Shown: positions 21,726-31,739, counted from the first letter of the stretch. The stretch: DNA of 64,000 bases from Leptolyngbyaceae cyanobacterium (GCA_965263355.1 CBDHHL010000032.1:2560001-2624000); one strand, 5' to 3'. Program-made: numbers and translations. Notes: generated by a model not told the origin, from the sequence alone.

Positions 21726-22946
21726 ATGGATACAACTACCCACCCCTGGCCGACAGGCAGAAGTACACGCGCTGCATTCGAGGAACGATTCGGTTCTGAT
21801 AACGCTGATTTTATGCAAGAGGCGATGCATACCGGCGATCCGCTCGCCGACGCAGTCGTTGAGGCCATCCAAGAAGATAGCCAAGTTCGGGCCCAGCTTA
21901 ACCAAGGCGTGAAAAATGGCTTAGCCTCTGTTGAAAATCCGCATCCGGCTGTCGTCGCTCTGCTGACAGAGTGCGAGACCATGCCGGACCTTAGCCCCTT
22001 CTTGAGCCATGAGGAGCTTCAAGAGGTCTTAAGAAGAGGAAACAGGCCCTGGTACGTTTTCCCGCAAGTTGTTATCGACATAGGACTCTCCGCTGGTTCG
22101 CTGACACAGCTTTACACCTCTCTTCCACTCACCACTGTGCTCAACGGGACAGGTCGGCTCATTGAGGGGGTCGGACGCCGACTTGTAGAAACCTCACACT
22201 GGCTGGATACGGCCATGTACCCCGGCAATATGCTCCCAGGTCGCCCAGGATATGTCGAAACTGTACAGGTGCGCATGATCCATGCCTATGTGCGCTGGGC
22301 TAGCCTGAAAAAAGGCTATGACACAGCTGCTCTGGGTACGCCGCTCTCCCAAAGTGAGATGGGTTTTAGCTGGTACAGCTTTTCGATGACGTGCCTAATA
22401 GCGGCAGAGGAAATGGGATTCAGCTTGACACCAGCCGAGACTGCGGAATTCTATACCTATTGGGGATATCTGGGATATTTGCTCGGTATCAACCCTCGTT
22501 ACTATCTGGGGGTGACAAATCACAAGCAGGCCATGCAGGGCTGCTTAATGGAGGAAATGGTCAAAGGATCTATTCAAAATGACGGTGGTGCTCTGTCGAA
22601 AGCAATGAACACTTCTATTGGGATGGCTGCAGAAGGTGATTTCCTCAAATCAGAAATTGATGCCGATCCCGTAGAGGTTATCGAATGTTTGGTTCATCGT
22701 TTTCACGGTTACACCGTGGCTGAAAGTTTGGGGGTACCGTTTCATACCGAAACCTATTTCAAACTGGGTATGTATGTATCTTCCGTGCGCAGCGAACAAG
22801 CAAAACTGAGAAACAATCCAGAAGAATGGAAGCTCGCAATCAGTGCCAATCTGAAAGCAGCCGCTGACAAGTTGGGTACCGGTATTGGCGGACAAACGTC
22901 CTATCAAGCAGCCGCTGCTGGTACGTTGGACTCGCATGAGATCTAA
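21726..22946 (+). CDS. oxygenase MpaB (DUF2236) family protein
   Basis: GDPLADAVV, TGRL..RRLVET, VRMIHAYVR, PLSQ, W.YLGYLLG. Confidence 0.85.
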   Translation: MDTTTHPWPTGRSTRAAFEERFGSDNADFMQEAMHTGDPLADAVVEAIQEDSQVRAQLNQGVKNGLASVENPHPAVVALLTECETMPDLSPFLSHEELQEVLRRGNRPWYVFPQVVIDIGLSAGSLTQLYTSLPLTTVLNGTGRLIEGVGRRLVETSHWLDTAMYPGNMLPGRPGYVETVQVRMIHAYVRWASLKKGYDTAALGTPLSQSEMGFSWYSFSMTCLIAAEEMGFSLTPAETAEFYTYWGYLGYLLGINPRYYLGVTNHKQAMQGCLMEEMVKGSIQNDGGALSKAMNTSIGMAAEGDFLKSEIDADPVEVIECLVHRFHGYTVAESLGVPFHTETYFKLGMYVSSVRSEQAKLRNNPEEWKLAISANLKAAADKLGTGIGGQTSYQAAAAGTLDSHEI

Positions 22947-23095
22947 AGCGATTTCCAGGAGTAAAACTGCTGGAGAAAGAGTGGGACGTTAAGCGTTCCA
23001 TTCCTTTCCTTTTCTCTAAGGTTTTAGCTTTCAGAAATCATCTGAGTGCTCTGTTGAAAATTCGTGTTGAGAAAGAACTGAAGTAAGAGAAAGTC

Positions 23096-24316
23096 ATGAC
23101 TACAACAACTACGGCAACCCACCCCTGGCCGACAGGCAGAAATACACGCGCCGCTTTCGAGGAACGATTCGGTTCTGAAAACGCCGATTTTATGCAGAAG
23201 TCTATGCATATCGGCGATCCGCTCGCCGACGCAGTCGTTGCAGCCATCTACGAGAACAACAAGGTGCGAGCCCAGCTTAATCAAGGTGTGAAAAATGGCT
23301 TAGCCTCTGTTGAAAACCCGCATCCGGCTGTCGCTGCTTTGTTAACACAGTGCGAGACCATGCCAGACTTCAGCCCCTTCTTGAGCCAAGAAGAGCTTCA
23401 AGCGCTGGTAACAAAAGGTCCTATGTCGTGGTACATCCTTCCGGTAATTGTCACTGACCTCGCACTCACTGCTGGCTCACTCATGCAGCTTTACTCATCT
23501 GTTCCCATTGCAACTATTCTGGCTGCAACAGGTCGGCTCGTTGAGGGTGTGGGGCGTCGAATTGCAGAAACTGGGCAGTGGCTTGATGCGGCCATGTATC
23601 CCGGCAATTGCCTCTTGGGTCGCCCAGGATATGTCGAGACGATTCAGGTCCGTATGATCCATGCTTACATGCGTTCAGGGAGCTTGAAAAAAGGCTACGA
23701 CACAGTGGCATTGGGGATGCCGGTATCTCAATGCGATTTAGCCTATACCTGGTCTAGCTTTACGATAACGTTCCTGATCGCTGCCGAGGAAATGGGGTTT
23801 AGCCTGACGCCATCCGAGAACGCGGAGATCTATAAATTTTGGTGGTACCTCGGACATTTACTCGGCATCGACCCCCGTTTTTATGTCGGGATCACAAACC
23901 ACAATCAGGCAACGCAGAGCTTCTTAATGCAGGACATGGTCAAAGGCAATATCGCAAGTGATGGCGGTCTCCTGGCTAAGGCAACCAACGATATTACTGT
24001 CCAGGCTTCGGCAGATAAGTTCCAAATCGATGCCGATCCCATGGAGGTTATGGAAAGCTTGGCCCAACGTATTCATGGTCAAGCCGTTTGTAATAGTTTG
24101 GGGATCCCCTTTCATGACGAAACCTATTACAAGCTACGTTCGTTCATAGCAGTACTACGTAGCGATCACGCAAAGCTGCGAAACAACCCAGAAGAATGGA
24201 ACCTAGCAATCAGTGAGAATCTCAAGGAAATCTCCGATCGCTTAGGTGCTGGTATTGGTGGGCCGACATCCTATCAAGCTGCCGCTGCTGGCACGTTAGA
24301 CTCCCATGTAATCTAA
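23096..24316 (+). CDS. oxygenase MpaB (DUF2236) family protein, tandem paralogue
   Basis: Same motifs; near-identical termini to 21726-22946. Confidence 0.85.
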   Translation: MTTTTTATHPWPTGRNTRAAFEERFGSENADFMQKSMHIGDPLADAVVAAIYENNKVRAQLNQGVKNGLASVENPHPAVAALLTQCETMPDFSPFLSQEELQALVTKGPMSWYILPVIVTDLALTAGSLMQLYSSVPIATILAATGRLVEGVGRRIAETGQWLDAAMYPGNCLLGRPGYVETIQVRMIHAYMRSGSLKKGYDTVALGMPVSQCDLAYTWSSFTITFLIAAEEMGFSLTPSENAEIYKFWWYLGHLLGIDPRFYVGITNHNQATQSFLMQDMVKGNIASDGGLLAKATNDITVQASADKFQIDADPMEVMESLAQRIHGQAVCNSLGIPFHDETYYKLRSFIAVLRSDHAKLRNNPEEWNLAISENLKEISDRLGAGIGGPTSYQAAAAGTLDSHVI

Positions 24317-24331
24317 ATTCTGTTCCAAATT

Positions 24332-24628
24332 ATGAACAAAAAATTCTATGTAACAGCAAAATTCACAGCCAAAGAGACTCGGGTGACAGACATGATCACT
24401 CTGCTTCAGAAGCTTACAGCCGAGACAAAATCTGAAGCTGGGTGTTTGGATTATGGCTACTACCAATCTTCAGAAGATTCCAGAGTTTTTACCTCGATTG
24501 AAGTATGGAAAACCCCTGAAGCTGAAGCCGCTCATTGGGATACCCAACATCTGCAAGATGCCCTAACCCAGTTGCCTAAACTCATAGATGGCGAGGCTGA
24601 AGTGACGAAATACCACAAGATCGCTTAA
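24332..24628 (+). CDS. antibiotic biosynthesis monooxygenase / putative quinol monooxygenase
   Basis: TKSEAGCLDY..F.SIEVW...AHWDTQH. Confidence 0.88.
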   Translation: MNKKFYVTAKFTAKETRVTDMITLLQKLTAETKSEAGCLDYGYYQSSEDSRVFTSIEVWKTPEAEAAHWDTQHLQDALTQLPKLIDGEAEVTKYHKIA

Positions 24629-24667
24629 TCCAATTGAAGGAAATAAGCCAACAAAAAGGAGTTGCCC

Positions 24668-25462
24668 ATGAGTAAAGTCATTATGATTACGGGTGCGGGT
24701 TCCGGTCTGGGAAAAGGAGCAGCCTTGGGACTTGCGAAAAAGGGACATAAGGTCATCGCGGGAGTACAAATTTGGCCTCAAGTTACTGCTTTACATGAAG
24801 AGGCGTCGAAATTAGGGGTTGAGTTAGAAGTCTTTAAGCTTGACATTTTGAGTGAAGTAGATCGACAAAAAGCCCTCACCTATGACATCGATATTCTTGT
24901 CAATAATGCAGGTATTGGGGAGACAGGACCGATCGCTGAAATCCCGATTCAGCTTGTGCGAAATGTTTTCGAGGTCAATGTATTCCGTACGTTGGAACTC
25001 ACTCAGCCTTTTGCTAAAAAATTCGTCGAAAAAGGCAACGGTAAGATTATCTTTGTGTCTTCGATAGCCGGACTTTCAACCTATCCCTTTTTTGGCCCTT
25101 ACAATGCCTCGAAGCATGCGCTAGAGGCGATCGCCCAGAGCATGAAAGATGAATTGAAAGAATTTGGTGTTCAGGTCTGCACCATTAATCCTGGCCCCTA
25201 TCGCACTGGATTCAATGACCGCATGCATGACTCAGTCTTTCAGTGGTATGACCCCAAATCTAACTTCACCAAAGAGCAGCCGATGCGAGACAGTCAAGCA
25301 GATACTGCATCTGAAAATGGGCAGTTTGACCCTCAAGCCATGATCGATCTAATGGTTGAGACGATTCCAGTCGAGCACCACAAGTTCAGAACTATGTTGC
25401 CGGAGGCGTTTGTGGAGTTCTGTCAGGATTACCAGAAGCGGATGTGGGAGGAGGAAATCTAG
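24668..25462 (+). CDS. SDR family oxidoreductase
   Basis: TGAGSGLG, NNAG, YNASK. Confidence 0.93.
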   Translation: MSKVIMITGAGSGLGKGAALGLAKKGHKVIAGVQIWPQVTALHEEASKLGVELEVFKLDILSEVDRQKALTYDIDILVNNAGIGETGPIAEIPIQLVRNVFEVNVFRTLELTQPFAKKFVEKGNGKIIFVSSIAGLSTYPFFGPYNASKHALEAIAQSMKDELKEFGVQVCTINPGPYRTGFNDRMHDSVFQWYDPKSNFTKEQPMRDSQADTASENGQFDPQAMIDLMVETIPVEHHKFRTMLPEAFVEFCQDYQKRMWEEEI

Positions 25463-25825
25463 CATTCCTACTTGCAACAGAGTGTTCCAATTGCGAGATG
25501 AGCAAGAAGCCCAATATTCTCTCCAGCTTTCATTTCCTTCCGCTAAAGAGGCTTTATGTTGTGGTGATTTTGAGTCGTTTTTTAGGGCTGTTGCGGTTGC
25601 TAGAAGAGGTGGCCGAGTTTGCTGATTTTTTGACGTCTCCGATCGGCTCAACAGTCATATTTTGCATGCTGAGCGATCAGGTCTTTGTTCTGATGGGCTG
25701 CAATATTCCATCATCGGCAATCCTGTCAAGCACCGTTGCGCTTGCACTTCATTGCATGATCGATCGCCGTTAGACTCGCATGTGCTCTAAACGCTCTACT
25801 ACAAATTTATATTGAGGAAGAATCC

Positions 25826-26269
25826 ATGAAAGCTACAGCGTCACTCAAACACATGGGGACCCTGACAGTGAGGCTCGGAGATGAAATCGTTGTTGGCGAC
25901 GGACCCAAGGGCACCCGCCACGTCATAGATGTGCGTTCAGCCGAGTTGGTTGCTGAGGGCATTTATGCAACGCTTGCCACCAACGATGCTGCCGATTGGC
26001 TCACCCTCAGTGACAACGGTTCCCTCGGGGCGATGGATGTCAGGCTGACGCTCAAGACTGACGATGGCGCGTTTATCTACGCCGAATATGCCGGGCGTAT
26101 TGAGATGGAAAAAGGTCTACTAGCGACCGCACCGACATTCCAGACGGGTAGTGAAAAATATGCATGGCTCAACCGGGTGCAGGCTGTCGGAGCAGGCATT
26201 GTAAACGATGACAACTCTCTCCTCATTTACCAGCTCTATGAAGTGGTCATCGCGGTTGATAGTGATTGA
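25826..26269 (+). CDS. DUF3237 family protein
   Basis: GPKGTRH..ADWL..DVRLTLKTDDGAFIY..PTFQTGSEKYAWLNR. Confidence 0.85.
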   Translation: MKATASLKHMGTLTVRLGDEIVVGDGPKGTRHVIDVRSAELVAEGIYATLATNDAADWLTLSDNGSLGAMDVRLTLKTDDGAFIYAEYAGRIEMEKGLLATAPTFQTGSEKYAWLNRVQAVGAGIVNDDNSLLIYQLYEVVIAVDSD

Positions 26270-26525
26270 TGCGATCGCTCAGCGTAAAACCGCTACTCGT
26301 CTCTCCTCATATCTGCTTCTGATTAGGAAGTATTTGTATTCTGGGGTCTCTGTAACCTTGAGACTATCTATTCTGTTTAACCACTCTCAATTTTTAAGGT
26401 TGTTGCGGCTGCTAGAAATAGATCATTTTTCTGCATGTCTCAACCACTCATCATGGTGGACACGTTCTCCCAAAGCGTCATTCATTTGCCATGTGACAGT
26501 TAATCCTAGAAAAGGAAACCTAGAG

Positions 26526-27770
26526 ATGGATCAAAGTTCATTTGTTGATGCATTGACCGCTAAGGCTGGCTCTAAATTTGTCCTTTGGCAAGGATCAACC
26601 GCTGAGACACACCCGCTCATTGGTTATATCCGTACCAACTGGAGTCAGGATCCTTACTCCTTTGGGTCCTATTCCCATGTAGCCAAAGGATCCAGCCAAC
26701 GGGATCGGGGTGTGATTGAAGCTCCCATCGACAATCGGATTTTCTTTGCTGGGGAAGCAGTCCACCCGAGATATAACAGCAGTGTGCATGCCGCCTATGA
26801 ATCAGGTCTGAGGACGGCAAAGCGAGTTGGCAAAGCTAACGTTGGTCGCATCGCGATCGTTGGTGCTGGTATCAGTGGCCTCGCTGCGGCACATACGCTG
26901 GCTAACCACGGTCTTGATGTCACCGTCCTGGAAGTAAGAGATCGAATTGGGGGACGGGTCTGGACAGATCGAGGTCTCGGGACGGCGGTGGATCTGGGTG
27001 CTAGCTGGATTCACGGAACCGAGGGCAATCCGATCATGAGGCTGGTTGATGCCGTTGGCCAAGAGGTTGTACTCACGGAGAATAACCGCCGCATCATAAA
27101 GGGGCGAGGGGGACGAGTCATGACTGACAAGGACGCCCCGGACTGGTTGGAAGAGGTCCTTGTTACTCAGCATACTGCAGCAACTGCGAGGAACAAGCTC
27201 AACACTTGGCATTACGCGCTTGACAGGCTGTTTCGGGGTGACAATTTTGGCTATTACGGGCCTGATGTCAAGTTTCCCAATGGCTACGATACGATTTTTG
27301 CGGCCTTTGCCGGTGATTACGAGGTTAGGCTTTCATCACGGGTCGAACGGATTTCACTCACTGATGCGGGAGTTGAGATGGGAATCCAAGGTCAAGCCGT
27401 AACTGCCTTCGATGCGGTGATCGTCACAGTCCCTTTGGGTGTACTCAAAAAAGGTGTCATTGCCTTTAATCCCCCCCTTTCTGAACGTAAACAAGGTGCG
27501 ATCGCTCGGTTGGGAATGGGGACGCTTGACAAGGTATATCTGCTATTTAAAGAAGCGTTTTGGGATAATGATCCAACCTGGATAGTTACGCCAGAGAATG
27601 ACTTACCCCCAGGGCAATTTAATAACTGGCTCAACCTTCACCGCTACCTTGGTGTACCCATCATTATGGCCTTCAATGGAGCTACCTCAGCCCTTGATCT
27701 GGCTTGTCTTTCGGATGAAGAAGTGGTTACTCGTGCCCTCCGTACCCTTGAGATTGCTTATCCTGTTTAA
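26526..27770 (+). CDS. flavin-containing amine oxidase, circularly permuted
   Basis: WSQDPYSFGSYS and FFAGEA..VHAAYESG precede the GAGISGLAAA / RDRIGGR / DLGASWIHG motifs; likely start ATG 26526. Confidence 0.85.
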   Translation: MDQSSFVDALTAKAGSKFVLWQGSTAETHPLIGYIRTNWSQDPYSFGSYSHVAKGSSQRDRGVIEAPIDNRIFFAGEAVHPRYNSSVHAAYESGLRTAKRVGKANVGRIAIVGAGISGLAAAHTLANHGLDVTVLEVRDRIGGRVWTDRGLGTAVDLGASWIHGTEGNPIMRLVDAVGQEVVLTENNRRIIKGRGGRVMTDKDAPDWLEEVLVTQHTAATARNKLNTWHYALDRLFRGDNFGYYGPDVKFPNGYDTIFAAFAGDYEVRLSSRVERISLTDAGVEMGIQGQAVTAFDAVIVTVPLGVLKKGVIAFNPPLSERKQGAIARLGMGTLDKVYLLFKEAFWDNDPTWIVTPENDLPPGQFNNWLNLHRYLGVPIIMAFNGATSALDLACLSDEEVVTRALRTLEIAYPV

Positions 27771-27814
27771 GTCAGAAAGTATACTGATTCTTCAAATGCA
27801 GGTGGAGCTTAAAA

Positions 27815-28447
27815 GTGACTGATATGCCGATTCAACGTCTAATGCGACTCAGCGACATTATTTTCGCCGTAGCCATGACCATTCTGGCTATCTTCTTTGA
27901 TCCTATACCGCTGGATAACATCTCACCGGAAACAGCAGCTCAATTGCTTATACAGCAGTTACCGGATCTAGGAATTTATGCCCTGACGTTTATCACTCTG
28001 GCATTCTATTGGTTTACCCATGTGCATCAGTTCAAGCACTACCAAAGGACCGATGCGGTTCATACGTTCTTGACGCTGTTTTCCCTCTTATTTGTAGTGC
28101 TGTTTGCCTATGCCAGTGATCTCTCAGGAGCTTATGAGGGCGTATTTGCCATCAATCTGTTCTACAGCATGGCAGCGATAGGGGTGGGTATTTTTTCCAC
28201 TGCTGCGTGGATTTATGGCACTCAAAATCGACGGCTAGTGGCACCTGAGTTGTCCGACGAAACCATTCGCCACATTCGTCAAGAAAGCTATATTGAACCC
28301 AGTATTTATCTACTGGCAATTGGGACAGGTTGGCTGGTTTCCTGGGGATGGAGCATCACTGTGACATTAGGTTTTCCGATCGCTTTTCTGATTCAGACAA
28401 CGGTGTCTCGCCGCCAAACAGAAGAAACTAAAGTTGCCTTGGAGTAA
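27815..28447 (+). CDS. TMEM175 family (DUF1211) channel
   Basis: RLMRLSDIIFAVAMTIL (FSD-like), YWFTHVHQF. Confidence 0.88.
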   Translation: MTDMPIQRLMRLSDIIFAVAMTILAIFFDPIPLDNISPETAAQLLIQQLPDLGIYALTFITLAFYWFTHVHQFKHYQRTDAVHTFLTLFSLLFVVLFAYASDLSGAYEGVFAINLFYSMAAIGVGIFSTAAWIYGTQNRRLVAPELSDETIRHIRQESYIEPSIYLLAIGTGWLVSWGWSITVTLGFPIAFLIQTTVSRRQTEETKVALE

Positions 28448-28482
28448 TACCAGTTACTTATGATTAAAGGTGATTAGCTTGG

Positions 28483-28566
28483 AGCTAACAACTGCGCAGG
28501 AGCGGACGGATTGGAAATGCTTGATATTTGCCAAGATTCTGGCCGCCGCTCAGCTTCACGTTATGC
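28483..28566 (+). other. attC-like recombination site
   Basis: AGCTAAC..GCAGGAGCGGACGG...CCGCCGCTCAGC-ttcac-GTTATGC; two unpaired bases in the left arm. Confidence 0.85.
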
Positions 28567-28670
28567 GTGCGAAGTTTGAATAGACTGAACATTGGCCTAG
28601 CGTCATACAAGGCTATTTTATATTTGCTGCTTTAAGTAATCACGATACCAGTCTAAAGTGCGCTGAATTC

Positions 28671-29594
28671 CTATTTCCAAAGGTGTTGCATGATCGCCAA
28701 AATAATCCACCGAGACGCATCATCAAATGCTTGGACATATTTGCTATGGTCTACTATAAATGGCTGTTCAAATTCGTACATCATTTCAACAACTTCCCGT
28801 GCTTCAAGCATAAATAATCCACCGAGACGCATCATGCATTTTCCCATACTACTTATTTTGGGCGAACGCTCAGCCAGTTGAAACGCCAGGGTCAGAAACT
28901 GGCGAGTGGTCACTGTTTGGGCATTGGGAACATGCCAAATCTCTCCTAATGCTTCTGGCTTTTCGCCTAATATTACCAGTGCTTTGCCAAAATCATCGAT
29001 AAATGTGTAGGTATGAGGAATATCCAAATTACCGACTGCCTGGGCTGTTTTACCCTTCAAAATTGAGGGGAAGACGCGTTCCCCCATCATAGACACCAAA
29101 ACATTGGGGCCATAGAAGTCTGAACCACGGGCAATGGCCACCTGCACCAATCCCTGTTGATGCGCTTTGAGCAGTGCCTCTGTCATCTGAGCCCGTGTCT
29201 GTCCCTTACGGGTAGTAGCCGCATTAGGCAAGGCTTCATGCATCGCTCCAGAGACTTCTCCATACATGTAGAGATTTTCAGTGACGACAAGTTTAGTCTG
29301 GTTGGTGGCTACCCCGGCGACAATACTGGCCTGTAATTTGGGAAACAGTTCAGTCCACTGGGTGTAGTTGGGCTGGGCACATTGATAAACTACGGTTGCT
29401 CCTCGGGTTACAGCTTCCACCTGGGCGGCATCATAGGCATCTGCTGCAATCACCTCTACAACTTGAGGGACATCGGCTTTACCACTGCGATTGATCATCC
29501 GAATTTGAACATCACGCTTGAGGAGTTCACCCATAACGGCCTTACCCACAGGCCCTATTCCAACGATAACGTGGAGATTTTTCTGAGTTGTCAT
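28671..29594 (-). CDS. NAD-dependent epimerase/dehydratase
   Basis: VIVGIGPVG, ENLYMYG, RGSDFYGP; start ATG 29594; C-terminus looks atypical. Confidence 0.85.
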   Translation of the reverse strand: MTTQKNLHVIVGIGPVGKAVMGELLKRDVQIRMINRSGKADVPQVVEVIAADAYDAAQVEAVTRGATVVYQCAQPNYTQWTELFPKLQASIVAGVATNQTKLVVTENLYMYGEVSGAMHEALPNAATTRKGQTRAQMTEALLKAHQQGLVQVAIARGSDFYGPNVLVSMMGERVFPSILKGKTAQAVGNLDIPHTYTFIDDFGKALVILGEKPEALGEIWHVPNAQTVTTRQFLTLAFQLAERSPKISSMGKCMMRLGGLFMLEAREVVEMMYEFEQPFIVDHSKYVQAFDDASRWIILAIMQHLWK

Positions 29595-29622
29595 AGGGAT
29601 ACTTGAACGAACGACTATGCCA

Positions 29623-29653
29623 ACGGTAGAGTCTCCCACTGTGTGAGGGTCAA
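29623..29653 (-). promoter_or_regulatory. MerR-type promoter
   Basis: TTGACC-19 bp-TACCGT with the dyad CTCACAC-A-GTGGGAG in the spacer, upstream of the epimerase. Confidence 0.7.
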
Positions 29654-29722
29654 GGGGAGGATCAAGTTTTTTGGGTAACTTTCAATGGCTCAATTGGAAC
29701 TTGTAGTTCTACCACCACCGGT

Positions 29723-30391
29723 TCATCGACCCCTCGCTCCGTTTCTCGGCCAAATAAATGGACTTCTTGAATAGCGCCAGTGCTGGTGTAGTGGTTCATG
29801 CCAAATTGCGATCGCAACCTCCATATCAATAGCCGTTTCGGTATATCCCGCAATATGATAAAGAATGACTTCATGACCAACTGGAGTAATTTTATAATGC
29901 TCTAGCCAGGTGTAGAGCTGGTCCATCGTCCGGCATCGATATTCAGGCATATCCGCGACAGTAGGCACTATCAAACGGCTTGAAGCAAGCCAATAGGCAG
30001 ACACCGGTTTAACAATCACATCGTAGGGAGAAGATTGCTCTACTTGCTCAAGTTGCTTTAAGCGCACAGAAAGGCGAGTTAACTGAACCTCAGCATCTTG
30101 AACTTTTTGCAGCAGATCTTGTTGTTTGGCCTGAAGCATCTGTTTTAGCTGAGTATCAGGCAAATCTTTTTTCAGTAAATCAGCAATTTGCTTTAACGAT
30201 AGTCCCATATCCCTCAGAGCCAAGATTTGGTTTAGTCGAGGCAATTGCTCAATGGTGTAATAGCGATAACTGGTTGAGCAATCGATGTGGCAAGGGAGGA
30301 GTAGTCCCAACTCATCGTAGTGGCGCAGCATTCGTACAGACACCCGCACTAGTTGAGAGAAATCACCAATTTTTAACAAAGTATTTCCCAT
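29723..30391 (-). CDS. MerR family regulator with truncated GyrI-like domain (possible pseudogene)
   Basis: LKIGDFSQLVRVSVRMLRHYDELGLL..YRYY; effector domain ends early. Confidence 0.8.
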   Translation of the reverse strand: MGNTLLKIGDFSQLVRVSVRMLRHYDELGLLLPCHIDCSTSYRYYTIEQLPRLNQILALRDMGLSLKQIADLLKKDLPDTQLKQMLQAKQQDLLQKVQDAEVQLTRLSVRLKQLEQVEQSSPYDVIVKPVSAYWLASSRLIVPTVADMPEYRCRTMDQLYTWLEHYKITPVGHEVILYHIAGYTETAIDMEVAIAIWHEPLHQHWRYSRSPFIWPRNGARGR

Positions 30392-30474
30392 CCCATCGTT
30401 TGCCAGATCTGGAAAATGAATTGAACAAATAGTCATGAAGATCAATGTCCGAGCAAGACAATTGACAAGTGTTT

Positions 30475-30858
30475 TCACATACGGCGTCGACGCATGACCA
30501 TAGAATGCCACGGAATAAACGCAAGAACACTGATTTCGACCACCGTCGCAACAATCATCGGCGGGTCAGGGAGTCCGACCTGGCTCATAGAATAAAGGCG
30601 AGCCACACCACCAAGCGCCATCGTAATGAACATAATCCGCATTACCGGGCCTGCAATCTCCAGATTGCGCACGCACCAAATGGTCAGAAAGAACACAAGG
30701 GTGAACCAAATCGCGTAGAATCGCAGCTGATTGTCGAGATTGGCGGTTACTTGATCTGTCGGAACGAACCGCCCGGCACCGAAGATAAAGTTGATGATCC
30801 CAACCATCAGTGGAATCGTGGCGACAACGAGCATTGTGATCTGAAGGGTACGTCTCAT
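30475..30858 (-). CDS. DUF4345 family membrane protein
   Basis: LDNQLRFYA..LGGVARLYS...G.P. Confidence 0.8.
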   Translation of the reverse strand: MRRTLQITMLVVATIPLMVGIINFIFGAGRFVPTDQVTANLDNQLRFYAIWFTLVFFLTIWCVRNLEIAGPVMRIMFITMALGGVARLYSMSQVGLPDPPMIVATVVEISVLAFIPWHSMVMRRRRM

Positions 30859-30995
30859 AAATTGACTTCCTTTGATGATTACATTCCAAAGCACTTTGCG
30901 ACAATTCTTTAGAAGGCCGCTTTAGGCGTAGCTAATTTGAAAAACATTACGCATTTGCTTTATGACATAGGCACTCAATGCCATAAGTTTTCCTG

Positions 30996-31034
30996 AATCT
31001 GAACACCGATCAGAATATGATCGGTGTTCAGATT
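30996..31034. promoter_or_regulatory. putative TetR operator
   Basis: 17-bp perfect inverted repeat AATCTGAACACCGATCA-gaata-TGATCGGTGTTCAGATT between divergent genes. Confidence 0.7.
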
Positions 31035-31079
31035 TGTCAAGAAGGTACGATGTGAAAGTTGCAGGGAAACGTTTTAAAG

Positions 31080-31676
31080 ATGCGAACGGATGAACGAGAA
31101 CGCTCTGCCTATCATCACGGTGACTTACCCCGTGTCCTGCTGGCAAAAGCAGTCGAGTTGCTCGATGAACGCGGTGTTGAAGGATTTAGTCTGCGCGAAG
31201 TTGCTCGTCGGGCCAAAGTCGCTGCAGCTGCTCCATCTCATCACTTTGGGAACGTTTCGGGCTTGCTGACTGCCGTCGCGACAGAAGGCTTTCGACAATT
31301 GGCTTCAGATTTCAAAGATGTGCTCAAGCAAGATTTAGAGCCGGTAGAGCAGGTTATTGGTATGTGCGAAGCCTACATCAATCACCATCAACGATACCCT
31401 GGTACAGTTTCGATTATGTTTCGTCGGGAGCTTCTGGACAATAACAATGCTAGCCTTTTGGAAGTGCGTCCCAAGTCGCTCCATTTGCTAAAGGACGCAG
31501 TGCGTAGTGCTATTTCAGAAGATGCATCAGGAGAGCGGGTTGACTGGGTCGCCAAGATTTTATGGGCAACGATGCATGGCCTGGTCACGCTGCAGATGGA
31601 AGACAGTGAGATGCTGAGCGCACGAGTCGCATTTGCGGCACGCTCTGTGCTTGCTGGCTCCGATTCTAAAATCTGA
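31080..31676 (+). CDS. TetR/AcrR family regulator (WHG-type)
   Basis: YHHGDL..FSLREVARRAKV..HHF; WATMHGL. Confidence 0.92.
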   Translation: MRTDERERSAYHHGDLPRVLLAKAVELLDERGVEGFSLREVARRAKVAAAAPSHHFGNVSGLLTAVATEGFRQLASDFKDVLKQDLEPVEQVIGMCEAYINHHQRYPGTVSIMFRRELLDNNNASLLEVRPKSLHLLKDAVRSAISEDASGERVDWVAKILWATMHGLVTLQMEDSEMLSARVAFAARSVLAGSDSKI

Positions 31677-31739
31677 ATAACATTGTTAATTAACTCTATT
31701 GTGCAATGGGGCTATATAATATTGAACTTTGCGTTATGA
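31675..31739 (+). other. degenerate attC-like site
   Basis: GAATAAC at the TetR stop ... TTGAACTTTGC-GTTATGA; right half resembles 20705-20723 but the arms pair poorly. Confidence 0.4.

Noticed and set aside
26208..26525. First 106 codons of the 520-aa oxidase ORF
   Set aside because: Overlaps the DUF3237 gene and spacer-like sequence; an RBS-like AGGAAA precedes ATG 26526.
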